DNA of 64,000 nt, taken from assembly GCA_030704615.1 (NCBI GenBank), contig CM060732.1, forward strand, positions 9,052,001 through 9,116,000, read 5' to 3'. The stretch comes from Takakia lepidozioides. Lineage: Eukaryota > Plantae > Bryophyta. Shown here in pieces: positions 36,301-49,094 of this stretch (position 1 is its first letter; the number at the start of each line of letters is the position of its first letter). A model generated the notes under the pieces. That model was not told the DNA's origin and ran no database searches. It was given only the letters and a program-made list of their open reading frames with translations. A program made the position numbers and the translations under genes.

Positions 36301-38620
36301 TTGACGGTATGGATTGCTAGAAATGTCCCGCAGAAATACCCCGATTTCCATACAATTGTAGGAAAGTTAAGGTTATCAAATACCATGGACAAGTGTTTCA
36401 GCAGAGGAATTCAACCTTGCGTCAACGCAAGGTTGAATATCCATACCAGCAGATCTTTGGATGGTTGTTTTCAAGCACTGTTTTCCATTTCCTCTGTTAA
36501 TGAAAACAACCTTGCGTTGATGCAATGTTGAATTCCGTTGTCAATCACTGTCTCTTTCAATGCTACATTATCATAGGTGTATCCGCCAATCTTCTTTGTG
36601 TCAACGCAAGGTTGATTGGGGTTCCATGTTGTGCATGAGATGTTTTAGGATAATGGGCTTTCCCTCTCGTAGGTGCTTGTTGAAAGTGCAGTTCTCCAAA
36701 TTTGGTGTTTTCCATTTCAGCTCGAATCAACATTGCGTCAACGCAAGGTTGATTCGGGCTTTCAAACGTTAGTTTATCAGTGATACTGACCTGCATGCCA
36801 ATACCCTTTTCGTGATGTGTGATTTGTGTCATGATCAGATCGATTGACTGTCTGGATTTTGGGTGTGTGTGTCATTCAGGTACATGTATCATGTCCTCAT
36901 ACCAGGGAAGTACCTTAGCGATGACCCAGACTTCATCTATCATGGGCTGACCCCTCCAATGACAAGACAATGTACACGACTGGTATTGCCAGAGACTGGA
37001 GCAGGGCGCACTTCAGAGACTGTGGTTGGTACCTCGATCTGCCAAAATAGGACACACCATTCGATGAAGTTGTTTTGAGAAACCTTAACGACAACGCCAC
37101 GACACTTGCCCCACTGGCTGACAAAGACATTCAGGACAGAATCATTGCTGCTTTGGCTGCAAAAGAGCCTGAGAAATCTGCTACTCCAAAACGGAAGAGG
37201 AAGATTGCCGAGGATCCGAAGGGGAAGGGGAAGAGTGCAGCTCCGCAGGAACAGGGCCCGTCAGAGGTCGCTGAAAGACAACCTTTTCCAACTAGGAGGG
37301 ATAGGAGAACAACAAAGTCGAGGGAGCAGCCTTTCGATGCGAGAAAACATCCGTCCAGGGTTTTGGGCCAGTTCCATCGTAAGGTGGTGAATGAAAGTTT
37401 TCTGGCAATGATGGAATCCAGGAAGTCCATATTCAAAGGGGTGCCCTCGAAATCATGGGACATGCTTGTTTCGTTCCTCACTAAGGTAAGCACATATGTC
37501 TTAACTGTTGTGTGAATAATTTTGTTTTGACAACTTGTTCTGGCTTGTCGAGGGGATTGATTTCTTGTTGGATCTGGATTGGGCTTGTGACACTGTCTCC
37601 TGTTTTTGGCTGTAGGTCACAAAAAGGCCGGATTGGGTGAATGGAGTTCAGCAGGCATACGCAACTGACCTTGTGGTGCTGGACATTCCTGACGGTTTCC
37701 CTGTCCCTGATGTGTTGCCTTCCAATTCGATCCCCACTTGGAACATATCGGATTCTCGTTACTGGCAGTGGGCTTTCTCATTCAGCAACAAATTCCTTTC
37801 TGACTCGGGGGCTCTTCTTCTCATGCAATCAAAGGACATGTCGGCACGGAGAACTCTTTTCAGCTACATGAAAGCTTCCGGGTTTCGTGTCATCAAAACT
37901 TGGACATGCATCAACACTCTGCCTCTTACAAAGGGCGAGTTCCCGGGGCAGAAAGTGAGTTGGTTCCTTTGAATTAAAGTTTCGTGGTTCTTCAAAAAAA
38001 GTCAAAAGTTGGTTCGTGTCTTTTGCCTCATGCTCTCTTCGTGATTATTGACAGACTCGGGTGTTTGAAGCTTTGTGCCTGGTGAGGGTGCGTAAGGACA
38101 CTCTTCCTCTTGGTATTGTTGAGTTCCAGTTGATGGACCTTGCAGTTGACATTGACCCCACCTGCGAGCCTATGGAGGATGATATAATCTTCAATTACGT
38201 GGACTCGGGTCGAACTACGAAAAGTTCGACTGGTGTCCCTTGGAGAGGTGCACGGGAGAAATTCCCAGCTTTCATGCAGACTTTGGTGGAGACATGCAGC
38301 CGTCACGGTGGACGAGTGGTTGACTTGTCTATGGGAACAGGTGGGGCCCTGAACACTATGTTTGAAATGTGGGCAGTGAGCTTAGGGAAGCCCTGTTTTG
38401 ATTTCTTGTTCATCTTCGATTTGCAGGAGCATCTTTTCATGCATGCAAAAGCGCCGGAAAGCACTTCTTCGGCATGGAGGCTGATACGGAGCTCTTCTCA
38501 AGCGAGCTTCATCAGCTTGAGTCGGGCACTACTTCTGCCCCATCCACAGAGGGACTTCTTGAGGAGCCCGAAGCGCCTGACGAGGATCTCGACGTGGACT
38601 CCGATCTTGAGTGTGAGTAA
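33368..38620 (+). pseudogene. MULE cargo gene: ParB/Srx-like domain fused to a beta-class N6A/N4C DNA methyltransferase-like domain (copy 1); exons ~34159-34757, 34837-35025, 35118-35562, 35645-35868, 36880-37485, 37616-37955, 38055-38340, 38426-38620 plus upstream exon(s)
   Basis: ParB motif FFVWDGNHRLLAW. MTase motif-IV region DLVVLDIPDG, FLSDSGALLL, and REKFPAFMQTLVETCSRHGGRVVDLSMGT|GASFHACKSAGKHFFGMEAD (compare TEKP..L...I..S..GD.VLDPF.GSG....A....GR.F.G.E.D). GT-AG introns keep one frame. One internal stop and frameshifts in this copy. Confidence 0.8.
33620..36755. repeat. Dispersed 26-bp palindromes TCAACCTTGCGT-YR-ACGCAAGGTTGA in cargo-gene introns (copy 1)
   Basis: Perfect copies at 33815, 36110 and 36411. 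Variants at about 33623, 33895, 34003, 34085, 35995, 36276, 36507, 36590 and 36727, and also near the left end at ~28994 and ~29038. Confidence 0.92.
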
Positions 38621-39591
38621 GTTTGGCTCTAGTCGTGCAAAATATGTTGCATTTCCTTGTATCATTCCCGTTCGACAGATGGTTGCTTACATTGTCTATT
38701 TCTGGATGATAACATCTACCACCATTCCTCTTCTTGCTTTCCAGAGTTCGGCACCAGTCATCGAATACGCAGACACCTTTCAGTTTCCAAGGATACTACA
38801 TGTCCCCGAGTCCCACTAGAGCTTACCTGTCGTGCACATACATATCGCTACACAACTACATCGCTGTCCAAAACCACACAACATATGTGCACACCAAACA
38901 CTAGTCTATCACTAGTCCACCACTAGTGCGCCACTAGGCTGCCACTAGACAACCACCAACGACGCTACCGCGTGAGCCTGGCGCGTGAGCGTGTGAGTGT
39001 ACGCCCACACAATGATGACGTGGCGTGAGCCTACGCTCACGCTGCTGACATGGCGCTGATGCTGACGTGGCGTGAGCCTGGTCCAGGTCATGCCACGTCA
39101 CCACAAAGAAGGTGGGCCTATAACCGTGGAGCCCCGAACTGCTGATTTCACCACATGAAGGTGAAACGGATGAAGGGTTTTGGGCTTCTGGAGTTCAACC
39201 TTCTGTTAACAGGAGCTTCATTTCGTAGAACTGAAATGAACCTCGTGTCGACACAAGGGGGATTTGGAGAACTTCAACAAAACCTCGTGTTAACACAAGG
39301 TTGTTTTCCTGGAACAAAAATGAACTTCGTGTTGACACGATGTTGTTTTCTGAGAACTAAAATCATCCTTGTGTCAACACAAGGAGGATTTGGAGAACTT
39401 CAAGTAAACCTCGTGTTGAGACGAGGTTGATTTGATCATCTGTCTATCTGAAGGTAGTTTCTTGTGTTTGCTAATGAAAAGAGAATGACAAACCAATGCG
39501 ACAAATGCATTGACCCACGCATAGCAAAGATGTTTGACGTCATACATTGAGAGTCACTGGACTTGAATAGTCATTCCATTACAAGTTGTAG

Positions 39592-42500
39592 TCAAGGAAA
39601 ACACCGATTTTTATGGGCTTGTATCCCGTGTAGAAGTGTGTTGACTTCGTTGAAACTCATAGTGGCTTGGTGAATGAAGAAGTCGCGCTTTGGATCACAA
39701 ACCATCCTTCTCAAGAAGACGAAGTAAAGGTGTTTGCACGGTATGAACTTCCCTCTCTTTCCCAAACTACTTGAAAGCATACCAACAAAATTTGGACATG
39801 TACAATTGGGAAAATTGGAAACAGTGATTTCGTACGTCCTGTCCTGCAGCGCAGATGCGGATGAGATCATGGTGAAGACCCGACCATACCCTGGATCAGG
39901 CACTTCCATTGTTCCCGCAACACGAGCGTGAAGCATTCTGGCGGACTCAATTTTGCCGTAGTGTTCTGCGGTTGGAGGGAATCGTCGAACAAGCTTCCCG
40001 TTCCGTCTGGTTGGCCACAAGTGAGCGTCAGGCGGAGGTACCCGTGAACCGCTTCCACTTGAAGCACCTTCACGTGCAATGGAATGTCTGGCTAGGGAGA
40101 AACCCGCCTCTTCCAGCATTGCAATCTCTTGGTGAGTGAGACCTGTGCCCATCTTCACAGGCCACACGGTTGGTGGAGTAGGCTTCCTTACCACGGAAGG
40201 CCTCACTGTACCATGCACATCTCCCACAATCGTCAGCGCAGAACCAGAACTTGTGGTTCTTTGCCTCGCCTTGTCCGTAAGGGAGAAACAAACCCGTGAA
40301 TGTAGGAGCTGCAGTGCGTTCTTTCCCTCTGGAGATTAATGATGTACATTTTTCATGATTGGTGGCCCTGATCGCCGCGCATTTCACACGAGATCCAGCA
40401 CTTGTGCGTTCTATATGCCAAACCTCGTCCAAGCCCATGGACTCGATTATATGCGGCACCACGTTCTGGTCTTCAACCATTGCAGTGACAATGCTTGATG
40501 CAGGGGTCCGGTTGGGCCAGAGTAGCCCTCACCTGTGGATGTTCCGCAATTCCATCTCTGATCCAAGTGAACACGTGGCGTCGAGAAGTTCACCCTGTCC
40601 GGCCTATGGGAATCTGCATCCGATCCGGGAGGGGTGTCCAATTTCCGTTTGCAAGACCCGAATCTCTCTTCGCCTTCCAGATGGGGAACTCTTCCCACGA
40701 GAGGGGTGCCATCTGCACATATGCTCACTGCCCCCGCTATTTTGCTGGGATCCCCTGATCTTCCAGCTGCCCGCAACATCAACTCGCTCCTGTCCGGACC
40801 TTTGCCACCAAGGCCACCCCTCAAGAATGACCTATATCTGGTTTGCTGCTGCAGAGCACGAATGAGGTCATCGGCCGTCGCCGCATACAAATCTCTCCTT
40901 TTTTTGCCGGATTGCTGCAACCAGGCATTGTGCACTGTCTCTGCAAGATTGCAAGAAGGCATGTCCGCCATCTCCTCAATGGACATATGCTGCAAGGAAA
41001 AAAAACAGAAACCCGATATTAGGATTGGACCTGAAAGATATATCCGAAGCACCCCAAACGAAGGTGAATACAAACCACTCACCGTTGTCATGGCCGCTCC
41101 CCACTGTCGGTAACGGAAGTGCCAAAATGCGAACCAGTCTTGCAGTGCCCTCATGCTGTCCTCCGATGCCGCTCCAGATGAGTACCACCAGGCACGAATT
41201 GTCTGGAACAATGTATTCGCTTCCCCCATAGTTTGGCGTCCTTGTACTGGTTGCACAGTTGCGATGCATAGTCTGCATATCTGGCTTGATGTATGTCTTT
41301 GTGTGTTTGTCCAGGGATTGTGTCCAATGGAAAAGACATGTACGTTCTCTTCCAGGCATTGGCACTTTTGGGTCTCCCGTCCCGAACACAATGCGGACAG
41401 CGTTGAAGTTAGCTTGAGCACTATCGGCCATGAAACCAACGAAATTGGGAGATGGGAGACCATTGGAGCCATAACGAATGAGAGCTTCCCACATGAGGTG
41501 TGAATGTGTCCTCTGACTGCATGTCACACACTGCAATTGTCATGACCCGCTGGTACACAGGGTCGTAAACATGACATGCCATTGTGGTCCAGTCTTTAAC
41601 CCTCTTGACATGATCGAACATAAGGAAGCAGTTGCCAAGATCGCCACCTTCTGCATACGTTTAACCAGGCTGACCCCGCTGCCCTCACCTTTTGTGGACA
41701 TTTTGAACAAGAACACTTTCCTGGCTCCTTGTCCCGGGAAAACGCTGTCTTGGATGTAGTCATACATGCTCCTTTCTTCAAATCCATAATATTGTCCATA
41801 TAACCTCGGCTCCCAGAGCCCATTCTTAAAGCGTTCACTGATTCCTAATGTTTGGAGAAGTCAAAGTTGAGAAATGGTCCATAACAGTGTCCAAAGCCGA
41901 TCCCTCCAGTATTCCTCCAACCGAATTTGATGCACACAGAATACGGCTTTCCAGAAAGGACTTGCTCGCCCCCATGGCAATTGCAGATGTGGTTCCAGTT
42001 GGATTGGTATCCAACTCTTGCCTTATCAGACGCGAGACTGTGTCAACGCTCTCCCTATAATCCCCCTTGGACACAGGGTGGTTGTGAAAACCGAAATGGA
42101 CACAGGCTCTAGTCAGGGTTTTGAATCGATGCACCACATAATACATTCTGGCGCCACACAAAGCAAGGCAGCAAGGTGGTACCCTACAGAACTTGCACAC
42201 AAAAGTGTTACTGTATGGTGGTGTCACCCCAGGCTTGAATGGATTCTCACTGACACCATCCCATTCGCTTTGGTTTTGCACACCTGACAATGCGAAGTGT
42301 CTGCATTTCATTCTCGCATTTCAGGTGCCCATTACAGACTGTTCGCCTGAATATGAGTTTGTCGTTGTTGTGAATATTGGAGGTTTTGTGCGGCACCAAG
42401 GGTGCCCATCGTGCTTTTTGTCCATTCCTTCCAGGAGACTAGAAATGCCCCCCAAGCGACCAGGAGGAGGCAGCTCGAAAACAGTATTACCATCAAAAGA

Positions 42501-43093
42501 TTCCGGCAAGAATGCCACCCTCTGAATATTGAAAGTGCTCCAGTCTATCCCCCTCAACTCACTCTTGAAACCTGCCATCCCTCCCATGGCTTTCAGTTTA
42601 GGAATGACACTGGTGATCTCCTCCACATCTGCTTCTACAGGTGGACATGGCTGATCCACGGGCGGTATTGCACATGTGTCATCGGAGGATGAGTCCGAAA
42701 GCTCAACTACAGTGTTAACGGTACTCGTCTCCTTCTTGACAACCACGGGTGTTTTCTCCTGGGCCACTGATGCTGCCGTGCCAGGAGTAACGAAAGATCC
42801 TGCAGACTGTCTCAGAGGGGCACTGAGCACCCTGTATCTGCCTGGAGGCACTCTCCATTGTGTGGCTGGTGCAGTATGCGAAGGTTTCTGGAACACGTAC
42901 TTGAGCAGTTTTCCATTGGCATCGTACACTTCCCTTTGAAGGAATAGAGTTCCATTTTCCAACCGAAACTGCGTTGCGAGGACGTGTTCATGCACCAGCG
43001 CAAAACCATCATCTTCCACCTCGTAAGAAAATGGCACAGGGTGGTCCTCACTGAAGAAGTCCGCGTCAAGGAGCCCATGGCCTGGGAGGCCAT
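39592..43093 (-). pseudogene. MULE GCM-DDE-SWIM transposase (copy 2; multiple frameshifts)
   Basis: Same motifs as copy 1, spread over ORFs 42321-43037, 41835-42311, 41421-41621, 40447-41472 and 39592-40227, including SWIM FPNCTCPNF...PCKHLYFV. Confidence 0.88.
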
Positions 43094-43710
43094 ATGTCGA
43101 TGTTGCTTCAGAAAGTAGAGTTCACAGTCCGACGGTGCTTGTGAATGCAAATTGTGTGGGAGCGGAGTTTTTGGCGTCCTCACAGAGAATTGCAGGTATC
43201 GCTCCGGCTTGCAGATCTCCTAACGGGTTTCCACTTCTGTGAAATGTCTCCCCATGAAACCAAGCGCATGGTCATAATGTCAGCCCTAATCCTAGAATCC
43301 AACTGTTTTCACAAGTGCCCCACCAGTGCATTCGTTGACAGATTGACTGACAGAGCCGCCGTTTGGTTGTCATGTCAGAGAGGCCAGAAGAGATGCCCAT
43401 TTCCATTTAATTTTAACGGCACCTGCACCGCTGTACAACTGTACATACTTGACATTCCTCTGGAACATGCCAGAATAACGAACTTTTTCAGATGGGAGGT
43501 GATTAGACCCCAACGGTTTTTGAATGGATGAGGATCCAATGATCTCCGCCGATATTTCATAACGATTAGATGGGACACGTGTTCGCCATGCATGTGGAAT
43601 GAGTCAGTGGCGCACTGAACGTTGCGAGCGAACATCTTGGCGTTGAAGGCCTTGCGATGAACCTCCCATAGTCCTCTTCTCTTATTGTCTTTGCAACCCT
43701 GGATTCTGCA

Positions 43711-46700
43711 GAGACGGTGACCCCATTCCGAGGGAGAAGCAAGCGTCGAAGAACACTTTATTTCACATCAAAGAAGCAAAGGGCACGCGCTAAGGAGAGG
43801 ATGAGGAAGGCGAGACGGGAACTTAGAATGGGAGAAGAAACATCCGGCGTAGAGGAAGACGAAGGGCAAACAGGATTCTGCAACCGCAGTGTGGAGAGGA
43901 AGGTCTTGAAGTGATCCCGGAGGCGACCGATGAGCAACCTCCAATAGAAGGGGGGGAGGACGAGGAAGTGAGCTGGGCTAGGGAGGAAGCACTGCGAGTA
44001 GAGAAACAGGTCTTCAAAGAGCAGGGGAGAACAAACGGACGCGGAAACGATGCCGTCTGCCCTTGTTTCGCACCATCGGGACCTCCTTGGAAGCATGCTA
44101 CCTCCAGACAAATGGAAAGATTGAATGCGTCAGGAGCATCATCAAGTGCAAAGAAGAAACCGGAGGTGGCTATGAACTCTCTTTCTCTCTCTCTGATTCT
44201 TTCTGGTTCTTGCTAAGCATTGAGGTCGACATCAACCTTGCGTCAACGCAAGGTTGAAGTCGACCTCCAAGTGTATATATTGGGCATCAAAACAGTGCAG
44301 ATGCTGCTCTACAATCAAGCTAGACAGACATGGATGCTTGCGACGCATCATCAAGTTCGAAGAAGAAGAAGACACACAATCAACTTTTCCTGTAGCTTTT
44401 GTGTGTTTGTTCAACACCGATCCGAGAGCTCGCAATCAACCTTGCGTCAACGCAAGGTTGATGCCTACCTCCATTGTGTATGTGATAGAACTTCTAGTGA
44501 AACGAACAGATGCCGCACAGGAATCAACATTGCGTTGACGCAAGGCTGGTTTTGATGATTTTTTGTTCAATGGAGCGTCCGATCTCTCATATCCTGAAAT
44601 GTAAGGTAGGGAAAGTTGATTAGTTGAAGCTCCCAAAAGAACCCTGCGTCAACGCAAAGCATTTTTTGCTTGAAAAGTTTTCCTGTATGCTTTTCAGTCT
44701 AAACTACATCCCCATCAATCAACCTTGCGTCAAAGCAATGTTGATCCATGGGTGCTCAATCTGTCACTCACAGATAATTCATTCTGTGCAGAGGAAAAGA
44801 AAAAGGAAATCCGAGGGGGAAGATTTGGCCGCGTCAGAAGGTGAAGGTGAGGAAGACTCATTGGAGGGAAACTATGAAGACAAGGCCGAGGAGATAATTG
44901 GTGGGCAAAAAGTGAACTCGTCGAAGGTGATTCTGTCGATGGAGGTTCCGGCGGAAACCTGGTCATTCCGCTGTGCAGGATGATCTCCATGCCCGCTGTT
45001 CGACCGGCTTTGAGGAATGATATAACGAAGTTGAAGAACGACTTTGTTCACGGCTATGTCAAGGGATCAGCAGTGTTCTACGTATCCACTATGAACACGA
45101 AAGGAGAGGAGTGTCTTGTAACAGAGGACATTGAGCAAGGTTGGGATGCATGCTGGCGGGATGTAAACAGGGAGTTCGAGTTCAAGCTGTCCAAAAAGGC
45201 CTCCACAAAAGCATTCATGGGAAAGATGTTTTTTGTCTGGGATGGGAACCACAGACTGCTTGCCTGGATGGATTACATTTCAAGCTTGCACTCGGACGAC
45301 ATCGAATGGCACTGGAGCGTGGTTTCCATGGTTCTCGATCACAAAGGACGTGTCACGCAGCTCTTGACAGCCATGCACGACATAAACAAGTAAGTTTCCA
45401 ACTTTGTGTCTGTTACTTGTTTCGACAATTTGAAATCATCTTATGAGTTGAAGGTTTTTCCAGGTCCAATGAAACATCTCATGTGACGACCAATCTGTGC
45501 CACACTCTATTCCGCATCCAGAAGGTAGGGCTGATGCCACTGGAGTCATTCACGAACGTGCTCAGTCCTCAGCAGATGAAGAGGTGTGCTGAGAAGAAGA
45601 CAAGCACATGGTACAGCTTGACAAGGGAGGCTTTTCTTGAGTACATGTACACTGTAAGCTTTTTGACACCTTTTGCCTGTTAATACTGCAAATTTTGTGA
45701 TGAAATTGCAGTCTTTGATTCTTTTTACCTGTTATGTATGCAGCAAGAAATAGCAGAAACTGGATTGAAGGCGAAAGCGAAAGCAGAGTACTATGATTCC
45801 CACACAGAAGAGCAGCGGTCTGCAACTGGGCTTGAGGACATGATGAAGTTCGAGATGAAAAATCAAAGGAAGAACCTCATGAGTGCATTCGACAAACAGA
45901 TCCGGATAGCAGACCCAGGTCTTGGCACGGAATTTCTGGAACAGGTGAAAGCACACTATGATAAGTATGGCTCCAAGCCAGAAATGACTCAAGAGAAACT
46001 ACATCGCCTTTCCATTTCAATGGTGGACAATGCAACCAAAATCAGGTGGTTGGAGATATGGAATTCGGATCCTCTTGTGAGAGACACGAACATGTTCCCA
46101 ACTCCAGAGAGGGACCCGAAGACACAAGCAATAAGAGTTGTTAGCGACCACACATTCGACCAGTGGCTACACAAAGCCACATTCTGGAGCCAGGTAAGGT
46201 TTGAACCAAACCATTTTCAGACATTTTGTTGCTCCGTAACCTCTTGAAAATTCTTACGAGCTTTCTTGTTGCAGTTAGAAAAACGTGCAGTGGCTGCACT
46301 TGCTGAGTCGATGGCAGACTACAAAATCCAGATGGCTTGCCCCCGGATCACACTGGAGGCCTATCAGGAGATGGAAGCTCGCTGTCTGGAACAACTGCTT
46401 CTTCAGGGAGTTTGAGAAAGAGAAAGGAATCTCCAGGTCTTACGAATTCAAAAACCAGTACAACAGCGAGCAAGCAATGAAGCGAGTGTTGTACAGGTGT
46501 GACCTCCTTGAATCAAAATTGGTGCTTGAAGGGCATTTTTCTGCAATCTTGTGTCGTTCTTTCCATAAAGAATTGCGAATTGCAGTGCTTTGCGAGATCT
46601 CTGAGGGCTCTGCATGTGCAGTCGAGCAACATTGCGTTAACGCAAGGTTGTTTCCCATTGTCCTGGTTTCACTTACCTATACCTGGGTATCCCATAATGC

Positions 46701-49094
46701 CGTTTTTCTGAATGTGAAAGGGGATAAACTGACAGGAAAATCAGCCTTGCGTCAACGCAAGGTTGATGAAGTGGCAGGCTATGTAGCTTTTCCTGTGGTT
46801 TTGGGTAGTTCAAATCCAGTTCCAATGCTGCCAAGATGAACATAAGACTGTTTGGAGTCGGTTTGAAATGCTTACAACTTTCACTGTACCAACAAACAGA
46901 CTTGCGTTGACGCAAGGTGTTTGGCGGTATGGATTGCTGGAAATTTCCCGTAGCCATCCCCGATTTCAATACAATTGTAGGAAACTTATGATTATCAGAT
47001 AGCATTGACATGTGTTTCAACAGAGGATTTCAACATTGCGCCAACGCAATGTTGAATATCCGCACCAGTACATAGTCTGATGGTAGTTTTCAGGCAGTGT
47101 TTTCCATTTCCTCTCTGAATGAAAAAACCTTGCGTTGAAGCAATGTTGAATTGCGCTTCTCAGTCGTTGTCTCTATCAATACAACATTATCATTTGGTGT
47201 TCCCCATTTCTGCTCGAATGAACATTGCGTCAACGCAAGGTTGATTCGGGATTTCAAAAGTAGAATTCTCAGTGTTGCCTTCCTGCATTTCAATATCTTT
47301 TTCCGGATGTGTGTTCTTTTCGTTTTCTGATCGAATGACTGTCTGGGTTTTTTGTGTGTGATTCAGGTATATGTATCATATCCTCATACCGGGAAAGTAC
47401 CTTAGCGATGACCCAGACTTCATCTATTCATGGGCTGACCCCTCCAATGACAAGACAATGTACACGGCTGGTATTGCCAAAGACTGGAGCAGGGCGCACT
47501 TCCGAGACTGTGGGTGGTACCTCGACCTGCCAAAACAGGACACCCATTCGATGAAGTTGTTTTGAGAAACCTGAACGACAATGCCGCAGCGATTGCCCCA
47601 TTGGCTGAGAAAGACATCCAGGACAAATCATTTCGGCTCTGGCTGCAAAAGAGCCCGAGAAAACTGCTACTCCAAAACGAAAGGGGAAGGTTGTCGGGGA
47701 TCCGAAGGGGAAGGGGAAAAGTGCAGCTCCGCAAGGACAGGGACCGTCAGAGGTTCCTGAAAGACAGCCTTCTCCGCAAGGAGGGATAGGAGAACTTCAA
47801 AGTCAGGGAGCAAGTTTTCGAGGCGAGAGAACATCCCTCCAGGGTTTTGGGCCAGTTCAATCGTAAGGTGCTGAATGAAAGTTTTCTTCAATGATGGAGT
47901 CGAGGAAGTCCACATTCAAAGGGGTGCCCTCGAAATCGTGGGACATGCTTGTTTCGTTCCTCACTCAGGTGAAAACTTATGTCTAAACTGTTGTATGAAT
48001 AATTGTGTTTGGCAGCTTGTTGTGGCTTGTCCAGGGGATTGATCTCCTGTTAGATTTGGATTGGGCTTCTTACAATGTCTCATGTTTTTGGCTGTAGGTC
48101 ACAAAAAGTCCGGAATGGGTGAATGGAGTTCAACAGGCATACGCGACTGACCTTGTGGTGCTGGACATTCCTGACGGTTTTGCTGTCCCTGATGTGTTTC
48201 CTTCCAATTCGACCCCGACTTGGAACAAATCGGATTCTCGTTACTGGCAGTGGGCTTTCTCGTTCAGCAACAAGTTCCTTTCGGACTCGGGGGCTCTTCT
48301 TCTCATGCAGTCAAAGGACATGTCGGCTCGAAGAACTCTTTTCAGCTACATGAAAGCTTCCGGGTTTCGTGTCATCAAAACTTGGACATGCATCAATACT
48401 CTGCCTCTTACGAAGGGCGAGTTCCCGGGGCAGAAAGTGAGTTGGTTCCTTTCAATTGATGTTTCGTGGTTTTCCGGTAAATCAAAATGGTGGGTTATGT
48501 CTTCTGTCTCATTCCCTCTTCGTGATTAATGACAGACACGAGTGTCGAAGCTTTGTGCCTGGTGAGGCGGACGGACACTCTTCCTGCTGGTGTTGCTGAG
48601 TTTCAGTTGAGGGACCTTGCAGCTCACATTGACCCCACCTGCGAGCTGTGGAGGATGATGTTATCTTCAATTACGTCGACTCGGGTCGGACTATGAAAAG
48701 GTCGATGGTGTCCCTTGGAGAGGTGCACGGGAGAAATCTCCAGCTTTCATGCAGACTTTGGTGGAGACATGCAGCCGTCATGGTGGACGAGTGGTTGACT
48801 TGTCTATGGGCACAGGTGGGGCCCTTCACATTGTGTTTGACATATGGGCAGTGACCTTAGGGAAACCTGGTTTTTATTTCTCGTTCTTCTTGGATTTGCA
48901 GGAGCATGTTTTCATGCTTGCAAGAGCGCCGGAAGGCACTTCTTCGGCATGGAAGCTGATACGGAGCTCTTCTCAAGCGAGCTTCGTCAGCTTGAGTCGG
49001 GCACTACTTCTGCCCATCCACAGAGGGACTTCTGGAGGAGCCCGAAGCGCCTGACGAGGATCTGGACGTGGACTCCGATTTTGAGTGTGAGTAA
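43711..49094 (+). pseudogene. ParB-like + amino-MTase-like cargo gene (copy 2; possible extra exon to 49415)
   Basis: WDGNHRLLAW (44980-45393), DLVVLDIPDG (48119-48529), MQTLVETCSRHGGRVVDLSMGT|GACFHACKSAGRHFFGMEADTELF (48749-48970). Same intron set as copy 1. Confidence 0.8.
44232..47245. repeat. Dispersed 26-bp palindromes in cargo-gene introns (copy 2)
   Basis: Perfect copies at 44232 and 44436. Variants at about 44524, 44640, 44719, 46627, 46741, 46900, 47031, 47126 and 47221, plus five variants at 39238-39430. Confidence 0.92.

Larger units (their letters stand above)
28698..38827. mobile_element. Mutator-like (MULE) element copy 1; right end lost, broken by Gypsy B insertion
   Basis: The left end CAACGACGCTACCGCGTGAGCCTGG is identical to copy 2. 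It is colinear with copy 2 over ~10 kb until the LTR start TGTCGTGC at 38828. Confidence 0.9.

Noticed and set aside
33620-36755. CRISPR-like array (palindromic repeats with unique spacers)
   Set aside because: Spacing is irregular (about 80-180 bp), the repeats are degenerate, there are no cas genes, and the context is eukaryotic introns.
33368-38620. Bacterial contamination or prophage as the source of the ParB-MTase gene
   Set aside because: The gene has multiple GT-AG introns and sits within plant TEs next to an intron-containing host gene.
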